64,000 bases of DNA from the NCBI RefSeq assembly GCF_963921235.1, contig NC_086108.1:35652001-35716000 (forward strand), in the 5' to 3' direction. The notes under the pieces were generated by a model that saw nothing but the letters and a program-made list of their open reading frames with translations, was not told the origin of the DNA and ran no database searches. Made by a program: the position numbers and the translations under genes. The DNA is from Mobula hypostoma. Taxonomy: Eukaryota. Of this stretch, positions 51,760-64,000 are shown piece after piece; the stretch's first letter is position 1; every line of letters starts with the position of its first letter.

Positions 51760-53732
51760 TCCACCCCCCCCCACCGCCTTTTGATCCACAGAAAATGCTA
51801 GAGATCACATTATTGTTTATGTGTCTGAGTTTAATACAGTCCAAACGGAACGCCAGCATTCACGACAACACCAAATAATACTGATAAAGATACAAGCAAA
51901 ATATCATAGATGTAAAGCGTAGATATCAAAGCCAGCATATTTAAAAATATCAGTACCAATGCACATAAAAGAACATAATAAAACATACCTAATTTCATAC
52001 CATATATTGCCATATATAACAACAAATAAAATATAATGATGTACAAGTACATAATACTATGTAAGACAACATCATGGTGCAAAGTCAGACAAAATCACCA
52101 AAAAGAAACATGGCTCATAAACACTTAAGCTGTTTTAGTTGCCATTGAAAACCACGAAGCAAATTACATTGGATATCATTAAAACAAAGTGCAGAACTAT
52201 AATAACATGTTAAATAATATGAATTCAAGAATATACATTAGCGTTTAGACACCAGTTCCAAACCTTACTCCAAAAGGGTGGATTCTGCAAAACATCACTA
52301 GCTAAATCTGCATGATCTTGAATAGTCTCGGATAATTCATCCCATTGCATAATAATGACTTCATTATGGTTAACTGTGCAGTAAAATAAGGGATAGGTGG
52401 AAGAGCAGGAAATACATACCTAACTAAGCCCTCAGTAATATTATTGATACATACATTCAAGTGAATAGGTGGTTTTACAACAGCTTTGGGTGATAATTGA
52501 CCAACCAAAACTAAGTCCCTCAAAACACTGGAAACCACCACCATAAAGCTAACAAACTGCAAACTAAAGATCCCTTCTTGTAAAGTGTGTTTGAAGTACC
52601 AATCATTCACCAAAGCAAATTTTAGCAATGTCCTGTTATTGAGAGGCAAAATAGAAAGAGAATATTTACTATAAGAAATAAACCCACAATTTGTTAATCC
52701 ATTCTTAGCTAACCCCAATATTCTCCCTTATGATGACAAATTTACAGCCGTAGAGATCCTTGTCATTTAATAGCATATGAGGTAGATTAGTACGTGAAGT
52801 CCAAACTCCTTCTTGATATTTCCTGACATTATAGCGGGTATGCTCAGTTGTCACTGTGCTGATGAATATGAAGAACAGCTCCAACATACAGTGGTCCATG
52901 TTAACTCCATTTACAGAAAGTAACAAGAGGTAGAGGTTGTACATACAGTATTCTTATTATGTTGAGTAGATTCATTGTTAATTCTGTCAATAATTTGGCT
53001 TGTCATATCTCCCAAGGATTGTAAAATATGGAAGATTCCCGAAACTACATTTGCTTGTAGCTTACCTAAAGTGCTCACTCCTCCCATAGCCTCACAATCT
53101 CGATTTTAAATTTCTTTCACCTTTTTTGCCTTAGAGAATTTTAACTGAGAGTTTACCTCTGCAATATCTAGTGTATTTACTGTGGAAAATCTAACAGCCA
53201 ATTCAATAAGCCCCCTTCTTCACCTCTCTTGTGTTTTAAATTCTGAATAGGTAAACTGCTCAATTAGTAAATGTTGGGAAAACTCCTAGAGGCTTAATCT
53301 ACACCAGCTGGGAATGTGGAGGGAAGTCAAGTTGAACAACACTTACACATCTCTCTATCCCAGTACCTGAATAATTCAATCTTCTGTTTCTTCTGACGCA
53401 ACTCCCTTTCTATATGTCTGAAGCTCATCACACAATATAGGGCTAGTAACAGATGGCACTGCAATGGTTGTATCCTAATCCATTAGAGAGTCTAAGTCAT
53501 ATTAGACTCTAATATCTTTAGTTGAACTATTGACATGCAGGTTTAAGAAACCATCCTAGATTTACCTAACAAATTCTACCCCATATAAGTCCCTGGCAAT
53601 AAAGAAGTCTCAGGTCAGTACTGGAAATTAAAGTCACCCACTGTGTGATGTTGTCGACTCAATCATGGGGTAAGTTATACATGGAAGGTCTCAAGGCTCC
53701 AGAGCAACTGGGGTTGAGGTGCCTGGGGCACA

Positions 53733-54325
53733 TATAACCATATAACCATATAACAATTACAGCACGGAAACAGGCCATCTCAGCCCTTCTAGTCTGTGCC
53801 GAACTCTTACCCTACCTATTCCCACCGACCTGCACTCAGCCCATAACCCTCCATTCCTTTCCTGTCCAGATATCTATCCAATTTAACTTTACGCGACAAC
53901 ATAGAACCTGCCTCAACCACTTCTGCTGGAAGCTCATTTCACACAGCTACCACTCTCTGAGTAAAGAAGTTCCCCCTCACGTTACCCCTAAACTTTTGTC
54001 CTCTAATTCTTAACCCATGCCTTCTTGTTTGAATCTTCCCCACTCTCAATGGAAAAGGTCTATCCACGTCAACTCTATCAATCCCCCTCATAATTTTAAA
54101 CACCTCTATCAAGTCTCCCCTCAACCTTCTACGCTCCAAAGAATAAAGACCTAACTTGTTCAACCTTTCTCTGTAACTTAGGAGATGAAACCCAGGCAAC
54201 ATTTTAGTATCTTCTGTACTCTCTCAATTTTATTGACATCCTTCCTATAATTTGGTGACCAGAACAATATTCCAGATTTGGCCTTACCAATGCCTTATAC
54301 AAATTCAACATTACATCCCAATTAC
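53733..54325 (-). mobile_element. CR1 3' fragment inserted in env
   Basis: LSYRERLNKLGLYSLERRRLRGDLIEV and (ATATGGTT)n tail. Confidence 0.93.
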
Positions 54326-54521
54326 ATCCCACATGCTAACCGATGATCTCATTTCTGATTTGTGTCCATGTCAACAGTACTATTACATTCACAATGAAGA
54401 TGTACTTAAGTTAAAAGCCCTCTTTTTCCCGAAATAGGACAGAAAAAAATACATGGCTTCCCACTGTTAGCCTAGCACTCCCATCTTTCCCCCCATAATC
54501 ACCATTACTTGCCCCTGATTA

Positions 54522-55974
54522 CACTGGACAGCAATTTTTTTTCAAAGGTGTCACTTCCTCAGAAATATATTGTAATTATGATAGACCATTTGAATCTAAA
54601 CACAAAAGTAATTTCAGACTACTCGCAACACATCAGAATCTGGAGAAACAATAAACTAGCTTTTATTGAATACAATGTGTTTAATTGCTTAATGGTGCAA
54701 ACACTTTGCAATAGTTCACTAAGTAAAAAATGTTTTGTTGAGGATTTTTGTTTGTACTCAGTGTCTGAGGCTTCTCACTTAAGTGTCTAACAATAATCAG
54801 CCAGCATCAATGGATTCTAATTGCCCTAAACCCATTTCTCCATGACCACAAACTCCTGGTGAAACCTTTCACCATGCTTGTCACTGGCAGTGCCACAATT
54901 TGCAGGGAAGAAGTCTAAATGGGAATGCAGAAAAAGAACCTTTAGTGACATGTTGCACTTCATGGTCTTGTATTCTGGAAGTATGTTGTCAACCAGCTGC
55001 ACGTAGCTTGGTGCTTTGTAGTTACCAAAAAAATTTCAACACTATTCTTGTATGCCTTCCATGTGATTTTCTCCAGTCCCACTAAAAGTTCTTCAAATTG
55101 CCTGTCAATTTGATGGCCTGTTTGATTTGTGGATCAACACAAATGCCTTCCTTAATTTTGGCATCAGTTATTCTGGGAAACACCTGCTAGAGTATTGAAA
55201 TCCTTCAAGGATAGTTTTGTGCCTCGTGACAGCAGATTCCATCCTCGCAGTCTTGAACCCAGTAATTCTGCTTTTGCCTTTGACAAACCCAAGTCTCTGA
55301 ACAAGTCATTTAACTCAGATTGAGTTATCAGATGAGGCTCACTCAACATAAAAGGTTCAAAATCTGTATCAGAATTTGTGTCATTTTCCATTTCTGGCTC
55401 GTACGTTGTGGCATCTTCGTCTGCCTTCTCTGGACTCCATGTCTCTGGTAGCTTTGGCACTGGGGGACCACCGTCATACGGCACAGGTCTTATGGCTGAA
55501 GGAGATTGGGCATTCAATGGATTTCTTGTTTTTAGCAGAGAAACCAGACACATTTGTCAGACAGAAGTAGCATTCTGTCACATGATCCTTCTGCTCTTGC
55601 CATATCATTGGACGGTGAACGGCATTGACTTCCAAGTACCTCCCAGCCAAGCTCTAAGATCGACAGCGCATGTTGTGCAACAAATGTGAGGAGCCCAGGC
55701 TTTGTCTTTGTCACTATTTTTCCACCTAAAATAGAGTTCATAGGCTTTCTTAATAAGAGGAATCATGCTCCGTCTTTGAGATTTAAACGTATAATCACTA
55801 CAGATATAATAGGAAGTATCACAGCTGTTGCAACATTGGCGAGACATTTTGCTATCACAGATACTCCTGAAAATACAACTACTTTATTATAATTACACAC
55901 AATATGATATGTGCAGAGAGCATGTGCATCAATGTGATCGCAAACCGACATACATGCAAACAAAGTTCACAGAA

Positions 55975-56007
<33 letters not shown>

Positions 56008-56272
56008 ATGCTTTTATAGCCTTTCTAAAACCATGCAGCATTCGTCTTGTCTGAGCATGCCCAGGCATGCACAGAGAAGGTATAAAACTTTTCAACTTAC
56101 ATTATGGGCAACATTTTAATTGACTTGAATTATGATTTGAAATAATAAATATTGGCAATTTAAAAGATGGTGTGTGATAGGGAAATTTCATGGTGATTCT
56201 CATGACCAGCAGCCCAAAATCCATAAGACACACCCAAAGGTATTCAGGAAGCAAATTCTTTGTCATTGAGTG
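54522..56272 (-). mobile_element. Chapaev3 DNA transposon with internal deletion, inserted in env
   Basis: CAC...GTG termini with TTA on both sides; N-terminal Cys-rich domain (KKAYELYF, WAPHICC), ELNDLFRDLGLSKAKAELLGSRL, C-terminal SD.HGERFHQ. Confidence 0.9.
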
Positions 56273-56784
56273 TTACCAACAGACATTGGTCTTACTTGTA
56301 TTACAAAATCTTGTCTCAATTCTTCATAATTTCATACTACCATTTCATCTTCCTCATTCACAGAGTCTACTATGACCATGGCATCTGATGGAATCCATCT
56401 GCCTCCAACCCAATCTTCATACCTTGCATCTGTCCAGATGAATATATAATTATCCAATACTTTATTGTAGAACATATAACCTTCAGCAAAGCCTTCAACT
56501 GTTATGAGGCCACTCATCAGTAGTATATCAACACAAATCATTTCAGAATACCTGGAGAAAAACATTGGGCAGTTTCTGCACTTATCTAACTATTTGATAT
56601 TTGCTCTAAATTTAACTCTTCCATCTCTTGCTCAACTCACTGACTGGGGCAACTGCTCCTTCATCCTCATCACCATCAATTGCCTGAAAAATATATCTAA
56701 GATCATTATCATCTCCATACAGAACATCCCATTGACAGTGTGCTTTATGGACCTCAGCTGCAAGAAGACATTGACTTTCTCCAA

Positions 56785-59700
56785 GGGGCTAAGTTGGTTA
56801 ATGCTATCCAACCTTATTTATTAGGAGAAGTCTAGGTTTGATAGACAGACGGACTGTTTCTGTCAAGGACATCATCTGGTGCTACAAACCTTGGAGATGT
56901 CAAGGAAACTAGCTGATGTACTGAGATCATAACCTTCTGTCCTAATTCCAACTCCTTATGTTTCATTTGCATGTCTAAGTAAGCATTACTCTGCTGTTTC
57001 TTTTGTCCCATATTATGGGCTGCAACATAATGGGTTTCCTTGATATTGTCAATTAATTGCAGTACTCATTTTTCCTTTACAATACCATCATACTCAGGCT
57101 CTGATAAATCTAGCCCAACCAGGAATCCTAACACTCTTATTTCTCTCCCAGTCATCAATTTAAAGGTGTTAACCCAGTGGAAGAAGCTCTGCTGGTATAG
57201 ATTATCATAAGGACATGGGGTAAGACAGAGACCCATGTGCTCTTGTGCTGTTTAACCATCTTAGGCAATATTGTCTTTAAAGTCCTGTTCATCCATTCAA
57301 CCATTCCACTGGACTGAGCCCAATAAGGGATGTAGAACTTCTATTTTTGCCCAAACAGCTTCATCAGATTTTGCAGTGAAATCTTCATCTGGTTCCAGAC
57401 TCCTTGGCACTCCCCAATAGGTAAAAACTCTCTCAAACAAAATCTGAGCTATTAACTTGGTGGTGTTATTTTGAGTTGGGAAAGCCTCTATCCACTTGGC
57501 ATAAGTATTCACTATCATTAGGATATATTTCAGTTCTCCAGGTCTCACAAAATCAATCTGCAGGTTAACCCATGCCTTCCACAGGGTGTGTGTGTCTGAA
57601 TACAGCCAAATGAAACAACATTCCTCTGGGACAAAGGTGGAAAACACAGTACCAATAGTCATACACAGCATGAAGCATATACAGCACAAGTAAGGCATTG
57701 AAGCTGGGGTGCTCCGCTAGTAGCAGTGTGGTGTGGTGTCCAGGCTGGAATCGGTGCTGCCCCCCAGTGTTCACTTGGAAGAAGACAAGCTGAACCTCAA
57801 GCCAAATGTCACTTGTTTACAGCCACCAGGAGAGAAGCGTCAGAGACAGCACACTCCATCTGGGAGCGATGTGGTGTGGTGTCCAGTCTGGAATGAGTGC
57901 TGCCCCCAGTGTTTCCTTAGAAGAAGACATGCTGTATTATGGTTGACTGCAGATTTCTGCTACATTCATAGACTCAGGATCTGGAGTATTTTTTGTTTTA
58001 CATGGTGGTATTTTACTGATGTCTTACACATACTGGCTATCTTGTACATGCTATGTCTGCTTGGTGCTGTGTGTGACTGTTGGTTCTGTGTTTTGCACTG
58101 TGTCCCGGAGTAATACTGTTTCATTTGGCGATATTCATGTTTGATCGAATGATAATTGAACTTGAATTGAATTGATTGAATTGAATAATATAGCAGTAAA
58201 ATGCAGTCACACGAAAAAATATAGCCCAAGTTCCAAAATGACATGTCCCATAGCTTGATGGTGCATGGATGTTGTCAGCAAGAACAAGCCCTCAACAGTC
58301 CAGACGAATGCACACAATCCAGCTTGTCTTCCACTGAGTGAACACTGGGGGGTGGCACCTACAGGAGGGCCAGCCCCCAGTCCAGCATGGATGCCATGCC
58401 ACAACAAAGACCACACAACTCCCCACCGTTAAAGGCCAACGGGGTCTTGTGATCACAAGAAAAATGTCTCAGGCAATCATTCACTGTTTGACAGCATACC
58501 ACTTCTGTCCACTGGCTCCGAAACCCTTCTGTAGTGGGAAGCAACATGGTTCGCATCAAGTTCAGCTCCTCCGTCAATGAGCAACCTGCTGATGGGGTAG
58601 GCCAGTAGTACTTGAAGTTCTTAATGTCCAGTAGCATCTTGCAAACATAAAAAAGACAAAAGCACATTTGTTCGGCCCTGGAGAGGCCGCTGTGTCTGAG
58701 CACTCCACCAACTGACTGGAAGTCTCCCTCTGTATCTGGATTCCATTTCTCCCCACACTTTGCTGCTAATTTGGCTAACTCATCTGCCTTCACATTCCCT
58801 TCCAGAGATGTTTTTAAGCGAGCCCTTATCTTTTTTGCTTAATAAGTGTTCCCTCTTGCCTTCTCAAATATACCGTATACTTCAAGTGTGCTGATGGTAA
58901 AGGTATACAATCTGCTGAAATGTAACCTCTACCTTCCCATAACAGTAAAAATTCAGTCAAACTATTACAAAGGTACAGACTGCCTGGGTGTAAGATTGCT
59001 GCTGAAGGATATCTCCCTGCATGGCTGCCAACAACAGCTTATAGCAGCAAGCTCTGCCACTTGCACACTCATTGTTCTGGGAACGCGATCGCAACTCTTT
59101 CAATCTCTACTCCTTCCTTGTCCTCTACATGTATATCAAATCCTGTAAGCCTCTCTCCATCATGAGCTGATGACAATCCATCAACAAAGATCCCTAAAGA
59201 GGAAATTTCTGGTCTCGTGACTTCAGTTTCCTCTCCTGATTTTATGATGGGAACAACTGGTCCTTTCCATACTTGTTCTGCTGTCACCTGGCATTCATGA
59301 GTTTCACTCCGATAAGTTAAATTGTCGGTGGTCATGGCTGTCTTGTTAATTCTTTTAACTGTGACATTATGACTCTGTAATAGCAATGTCTATCAGGCTA
59401 GTTGAGTTTGACAGATTGTTACATCCTTGATTTGGCCATCCAGCAAAAGCTGGATGAGAATATGCTCTGTTAAGTTGGTTGGTGGATTAAGACCCACAAT
59501 ATAAGTGAACTGTTTAACTGCACAAAACACTGCTAATAGATGACAGTCACATGGTGTATATCCTTGTTTGATTGGGGTAAGCATTCGAGATGCATATGCC
59601 CCTGGCTCCAGTTTGCCATGTGCCTCCTGGAGTCACACAACTGATGTTGCATTATTGGTGGCAGGAACCTCCAAGGAGAATGGCTCGGAAAGGTTTGGGG

Positions 59701-61100
59701 TCTTAAGAGCAGGTGCTCCTGCAAGGCTGGTTTTAAGATCTGAAACTGCCTTTGTGTGTTCCAGTTTCCATTCCCATGGAACACCTATCTTCAAGAGCCC
59801 CATAAGTGGGTAAGATTGGCGGCAAAGTCATCTATGTGGACTCTACAAAGCCCTACCAAACCAAGAAACAACCCCAATCCCCTCACATCAGCGGGAAAAG
59901 GCAGTTCTGCCATAACACGTACACACAGTTTATCAATCTCTCGCCTTCCAGGGGATACGACCACCCCCAAGTAACTAACCTACTGTGTTACGATTTAAGC
60001 TTTTTTGGGGGTTTACCTTTAGACCCGTCTGCTGTAAAAGTTGCTGTAGCTCTTTAGGTAACTCAAAATGCTCCTCTTGAGTCTTTGTCTGTTACAGTAA
60101 TCTACATATTGAATTAAAAACTAGGGAGCTGAAAAGGATTTCAGCCCATTTGCCAACCATTGACAGAAAAAGACAGGCAAATCATGAAAACCTTTCATAC
60201 TGTCTATTTATACTGTTGTCCCTTTCAAGTGAATTGAAATTTACATTGATACTCTCTTTTCAAAGGAACAGACCAAAATCTATTACTTATATCCAGTACT
60301 GTGAACCACTTTGCTACAGTATTCTGCTTAATCAGTCTTGGGACTCGATGCTACAGTGGAGGGAGTTAAAGGAGTTCCCTGCAATCTATTGTGAGTCTCC
60401 AGTTTCCATCAAATGTTTGAACTGGTTATAAAGGAGAATTATTTGTAGATGTCATTTCTAACAAAACTCCCCATGTTAACAAACTCTGAAAAACATTCTC
60501 TAAATCTGCCTCTGCTTGTTTTGGAATTCCATTTTGCTTCTGTGGTTTCAGGTGCGGGCCTCATATACACACCTCTCCTTTCATCCTGCCACAGTCGTGT
60601 TCATGTTTAGCAAATACTGCCTGGCAGTCTAAAATAATTTATCCCCCATCATATCTTCTGCCTTCACCCACATCTCCCCAGCTGTACATGCCCTTCCCCA
60701 TATTGTCTGACTGGAATGTTTATAGGGAGCAGCTCCTTATCAACATTAAAGTACCAAATCATACAATTATTTGGATTAAATCCAAACCCAATTTCCTAAT
60801 AGAATCATTTCCCAGAATATGATTTTGAGCAATTGGCAGGTTGATGAGCTCAACCAAGTGGGGCACACTCAGTTGTCCCATCCATATATGTACAGATATG
60901 TAATCAACTCCCCTACCTGTGAATACCCAGTTAATCCAATTAAAAGAATAGTATTCTGTGTTTCCCAACCAGGTGCATTGAATGTGGATGTATTCAGGGT
61001 GTTTTGAGAGCTTCCTTTATCCCAAAAAAATTTTATAGGGCCGCCTTCTGTTCTAGCTTCTACAAGAGGTCTACCTGCACCATCCCACCTTGCGGTGTAT
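56785..61100 (-). pseudogene. pol: Retroviral pro-pol remnant (protease, RT, tether, RNase H, integrase)
   Basis: Protease region GRPLV...FWDKGSS; RT GNWRLTID, LDISN.FWSVPL, QYVD; tether AYASRML...HLLAVF.AVKQF; RNase H IFVDG.S, QVAELAA, GNVKADELAK; integrase LQIDF, KWIEAFPT, SSGMVE.MNRTLK. Confidence 0.9.
57580..58740. mobile_element. Cluster of Rex-like tails and unknown repeats interrupting the integrase N-terminus
   Basis: Oppositely oriented tails near 57590-57690 and 58040-58190; ~60-bp direct repeat at 57727 and 57870. Confidence 0.55.
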
Positions 61101-61199
61101 AGCCACATAATGGAGGCCTGACACCACCTTTGCACACTGGGAGTCCATCCCCATAGGTAACTATGGATACAGTAGAGGTTTCGTCTCTGCTCCCTGGAC

Positions 61200-63459
61200 A
61201 TTACATTGTGGGGAACATGGTGGACCTTCCAGGGGCAATGGAGCCTTAGTTACAACCTGACCTTTCCCAACCCATCTGGGTTGTGAGCAGTCTCTAGCAA
61301 AGAGACCTTAATGTCCATAGTTGAAACATTTCCATGGGAGTCTACTATTCATAACAGGAGGAATGTCGATTTTCCAGCCACATCCTCAACCGCCCTTGGC
61401 AATAGGTGGTGCTACCAAGCACGAAGGTGGCATAGCATACCCTGATAGGCTTCCCATCCATACTCTGACAGATTTCCCATCCATGCCCTGATAGGCTTCC
61501 CATCCATACTCTGACAGATTTCCCATCCATGCCCTGACAGGCTTCCCATCCATACTCTGACAGATTTCCCATCCATGCCCTGACAGGCTTCCCATCCATA
61601 CTCTGACAGATTTCCCATCCATACCCTGATAGGCTTCCCATCCATACTCTGACAGATTTCCCATCCATACCCTGATAGGCTTCCCATCCATACTCTGACA
61701 GATTTCCCATCCATACCCTGATAGGCTTCCCATCCATACTCTGACAGATTTCCCATCCATACCCTGATAGGCTTCCCATCCATACTCTGACAGATTTCCC
61801 ATCCATACCCTGATAGGCTTCCCATCCATACTCTGACAGATTTCCCATCCATACCCTGACAGGCTTCCCATCCATGCCTTGATAGGCTTCCCATCCATAC
61901 TCTGACAGATTTCCCATCCATACCCTGATAGGCTTCCCATCCATACTCTGACAGATTTCCCATCCATACCCTGATAGGCTTCCCATCCATACTCTGACAG
62001 ATTTCCCATCCATACCCTGATAGGCTTCCCATCCATACTCTGACAGATTTCCCATCCATACCCTGATAGGCTTCCCATCCATACTCTGACAGATTTCCCA
62101 TCCATACCCTGATAGGCTTCCCATCCATACTCTGACAGATTTCCCATCCATACCCTGATAGGCTTCCCATCCATACTCTGACAGATTTCCCATCCATACC
62201 CTGATAGGCTTCCCATCCATACTCTGACAGATTTCCCATCCATACCCTGATAGGCTTCCCATCCATGCTCTGACAGATTTCCCATCCATGCCCTGACAGG
62301 CTTCCCATCTCCCTTCATTCTGCCACTGTGCACCTTGTTCTCTCATAGGGGCCAATTTAGAACCCTGTTTCCCCTTATCCTCCTTAGTAACTTTTCCCTT
62401 ACTTCCTTTTCCCAACTTGTATCATCCCTCTGAGGACTCATGCTACAGTGTGTGTGGGATCAGTGGGATCAAACACTTCACGCACCCTTCTGCTCTCCTA
62501 GGTATTGTGCAACACCGCAGTCCTCAGGCAGTTATCACCCAGCTGTTCAGTCAAGTTCCGCCTATCCAAAATAGAACTGTAAACACTGGTGAAAACCGAC
62601 TACAACCTTGTTGCAAGTGCACTGGGGTGTTACCCTTTCTGCCCTCTGCATCTGTGCAGAGCCTCTACTGGGTCACCTCGATCAGTCCCTGCAGCTTCTA
62701 ATATAAATCACTCCGGCCTTGTACCTGTTCCTCTGGCAGGGCTGAGTGTAACAAAGAAGTTAGAGACAGAAGGGTGAACTTTGGCTCCTCTGCTTCGTCT
62801 AAACCATGAACTATCCTGTGCTGCTGGATGCACTGGAAAAGTTCTGGAGGATCCTCTCCCAGCCCTCGCGTTGGTACAGTATATTCGCAGCTATAGCACT
62901 CAACTGAGCCACGTCAAAAAGGGTTGAGTACTGAGTTACAACTGGTCCTCACACCCGAGCCCCCTCCTGGCTCTGGTATCTCCCGAACTCTCTCTATTAC
63001 CACCGGCATTGTTGGGGCAGTGGATGCTGAAGGTTCCATCCCCTCTTGGAGAAGTCCAGAGGGAGATGGGCCAATTTCCCAAAATCCTCACAATTATAGT
63101 GCGCCACCTCACACGCTAAATCACCCCAATCTATATCACCTTCATCATCTGTCCTCACCCCTAATGCATGTATCACTCCTCTCTGAGCTGAGAGTTGACT
63201 TGCAGTTTCTCAATCTGTTTTATACTCTTGGTGTGATCAAGGATGCCTTTCTTTCCTGCTGCCAATTTCTGCACAACGTTCATAGCAGTCTGTAAATTAT
63301 GACACTAACTTTTCCACTTCTCTAATTGCGTATTTGCCTATTTATGATCCTCTTCCCTTTTCTCCTTTTCCCTTATCATATATTCACACCGAGCCTGAAA
63401 CTGAGTCGTGTGTATCAAATTCAGCTGACACTGCTCCCTCAATCTTTTCACTTTCTTCC

Positions 63460-63460
<1 letters not shown>
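61200..63460 (-). pseudogene. gag: Retroviral gag remnant (coiled coil, capsid-like region, degenerate CCHC knuckle), 5'-truncated
   Basis: Charged helical N-terminal part (REKEKREEDHK...CHNLQTAM...KQIEKLQ), GDPVEALHRCR...HPSALATRL, and CFNYGH*GLFARDC near 61285-61330. Confidence 0.8.
61440..62309. repeat. Minisatellite of 38 x 23-bp monomers arranged as a 46-bp A/B dimer
   Basis: A = CCCTGATAGGCTTCCCATCCATA, B = CTCTGACAGATTTCCCATCCATA; one A-A irregularity near 61855-61900. Confidence 0.97.

Positions 63461-63492
<32 letters not shown>
63461..63492. repeat. (TC)n microsatellite at the provirus truncation point
   Basis: Direct inspection. Confidence 0.95.
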
Positions 63493-63498
<6 letters not shown>

Positions 63499-64000
63499 TC
63501 TTTTTGTAGCTGCTTGGTAGGACAATCAGGAGAATGGATGGCATGTGGGAGAGAATGGTTATAAGAGAATTAATGGGAGAACTTGATTGCTGGGAGAACC
63601 AGACAAGACTCATTGGTCTGATTATAAATTGTGAGAAATTTACTCCCTACAGAGTTAATCAGTAGATCACACCAATGTGGCTACATTGATTTTCACCAAC
63701 TGACCTCTGCTGTTTCCTCATGATAACACACACACACGTACGTATATACTGTGTGTATATTATATATATACACATACATATAATATATATAACATGAGAG
63801 AGTTTTCAGTGATGTACATGACACTGCTTTCAATCTTTTGAAAAAGTGATTTATATTCTCCTACAATACTTAGATTTTACAAGTTTATAAGTTTCCTGAG
63901 TTTCCTTAAACTTCTCAAAGGAACTTGTGTTGTAGGCACTACATTGATTTCTTGACTCAAGGGAAGTGACACTTGACTGCCTCAAATCAATAAAACCTTC

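Larger units (their letters stand above)
52140..56600 (-). pseudogene. env: Retroviral env remnant with F-type class I fusion architecture, interrupted by CR1 and Chapaev3
   Basis: R-(stop)-R-R|GLIELAV.FSTVNTLDIAEVNSQL at 53214-53225, heptad-like region, Trp-rich FWSKVWNW (52252-52275), hydrophobic TM near 52150-52226. Confidence 0.75.

Noticed and set aside
53500..53640. Segment as part of env
   Set aside because: Reads as a CR1 endonuclease remnant (GDFNF...GVEFV) inserted in env.
61345..62415. Three long ORFs (298-356 aa) as novel repeat proteins, or the array as CRISPR
   Set aside because: The ORFs arise from a stop-free minisatellite; there are no unique spacers or cas genes and the context is eukaryotic.

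Overview
Eukaryotic (vertebrate) genomic DNA. The repeat complement (CR1, Rex/Babar, V-SINE, Penelope termini, Chapaev3) suggests a cartilaginous fish, but that is inference. One host gene is recognisable: a small R4-family regulator of G-protein signalling (RGS21-like) on the + strand, with clear exons at 32409-32470, 33997-34163 and 42441-42626 and a likely exon at 30963-31028. The rest is mostly nested transposable elements. The most notable is a ~12.5 kb decayed provirus on the - strand (50923-63460) with lokiretrovirus-like architecture: coiled-coil Gag, two RNase H-type regions, and an Env resembling a viral F-type class I fusion protein. It retains its 3' LTR, sits inside a split V-SINE, and carries a 23/46-bp minisatellite in gag that is open in all three sense frames. 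Other points of interest: a chromodomain Ty3/Gypsy element whose 5' LTR appears inverted, a CR1 with twin-priming geometry, Penelope fragments with hammerhead ribozyme motifs, a HERO-type retrotransposon, and an unidentified decayed coding-like tract near 4-7 kb. Family names come from motif recognition by eye; no searches were run.
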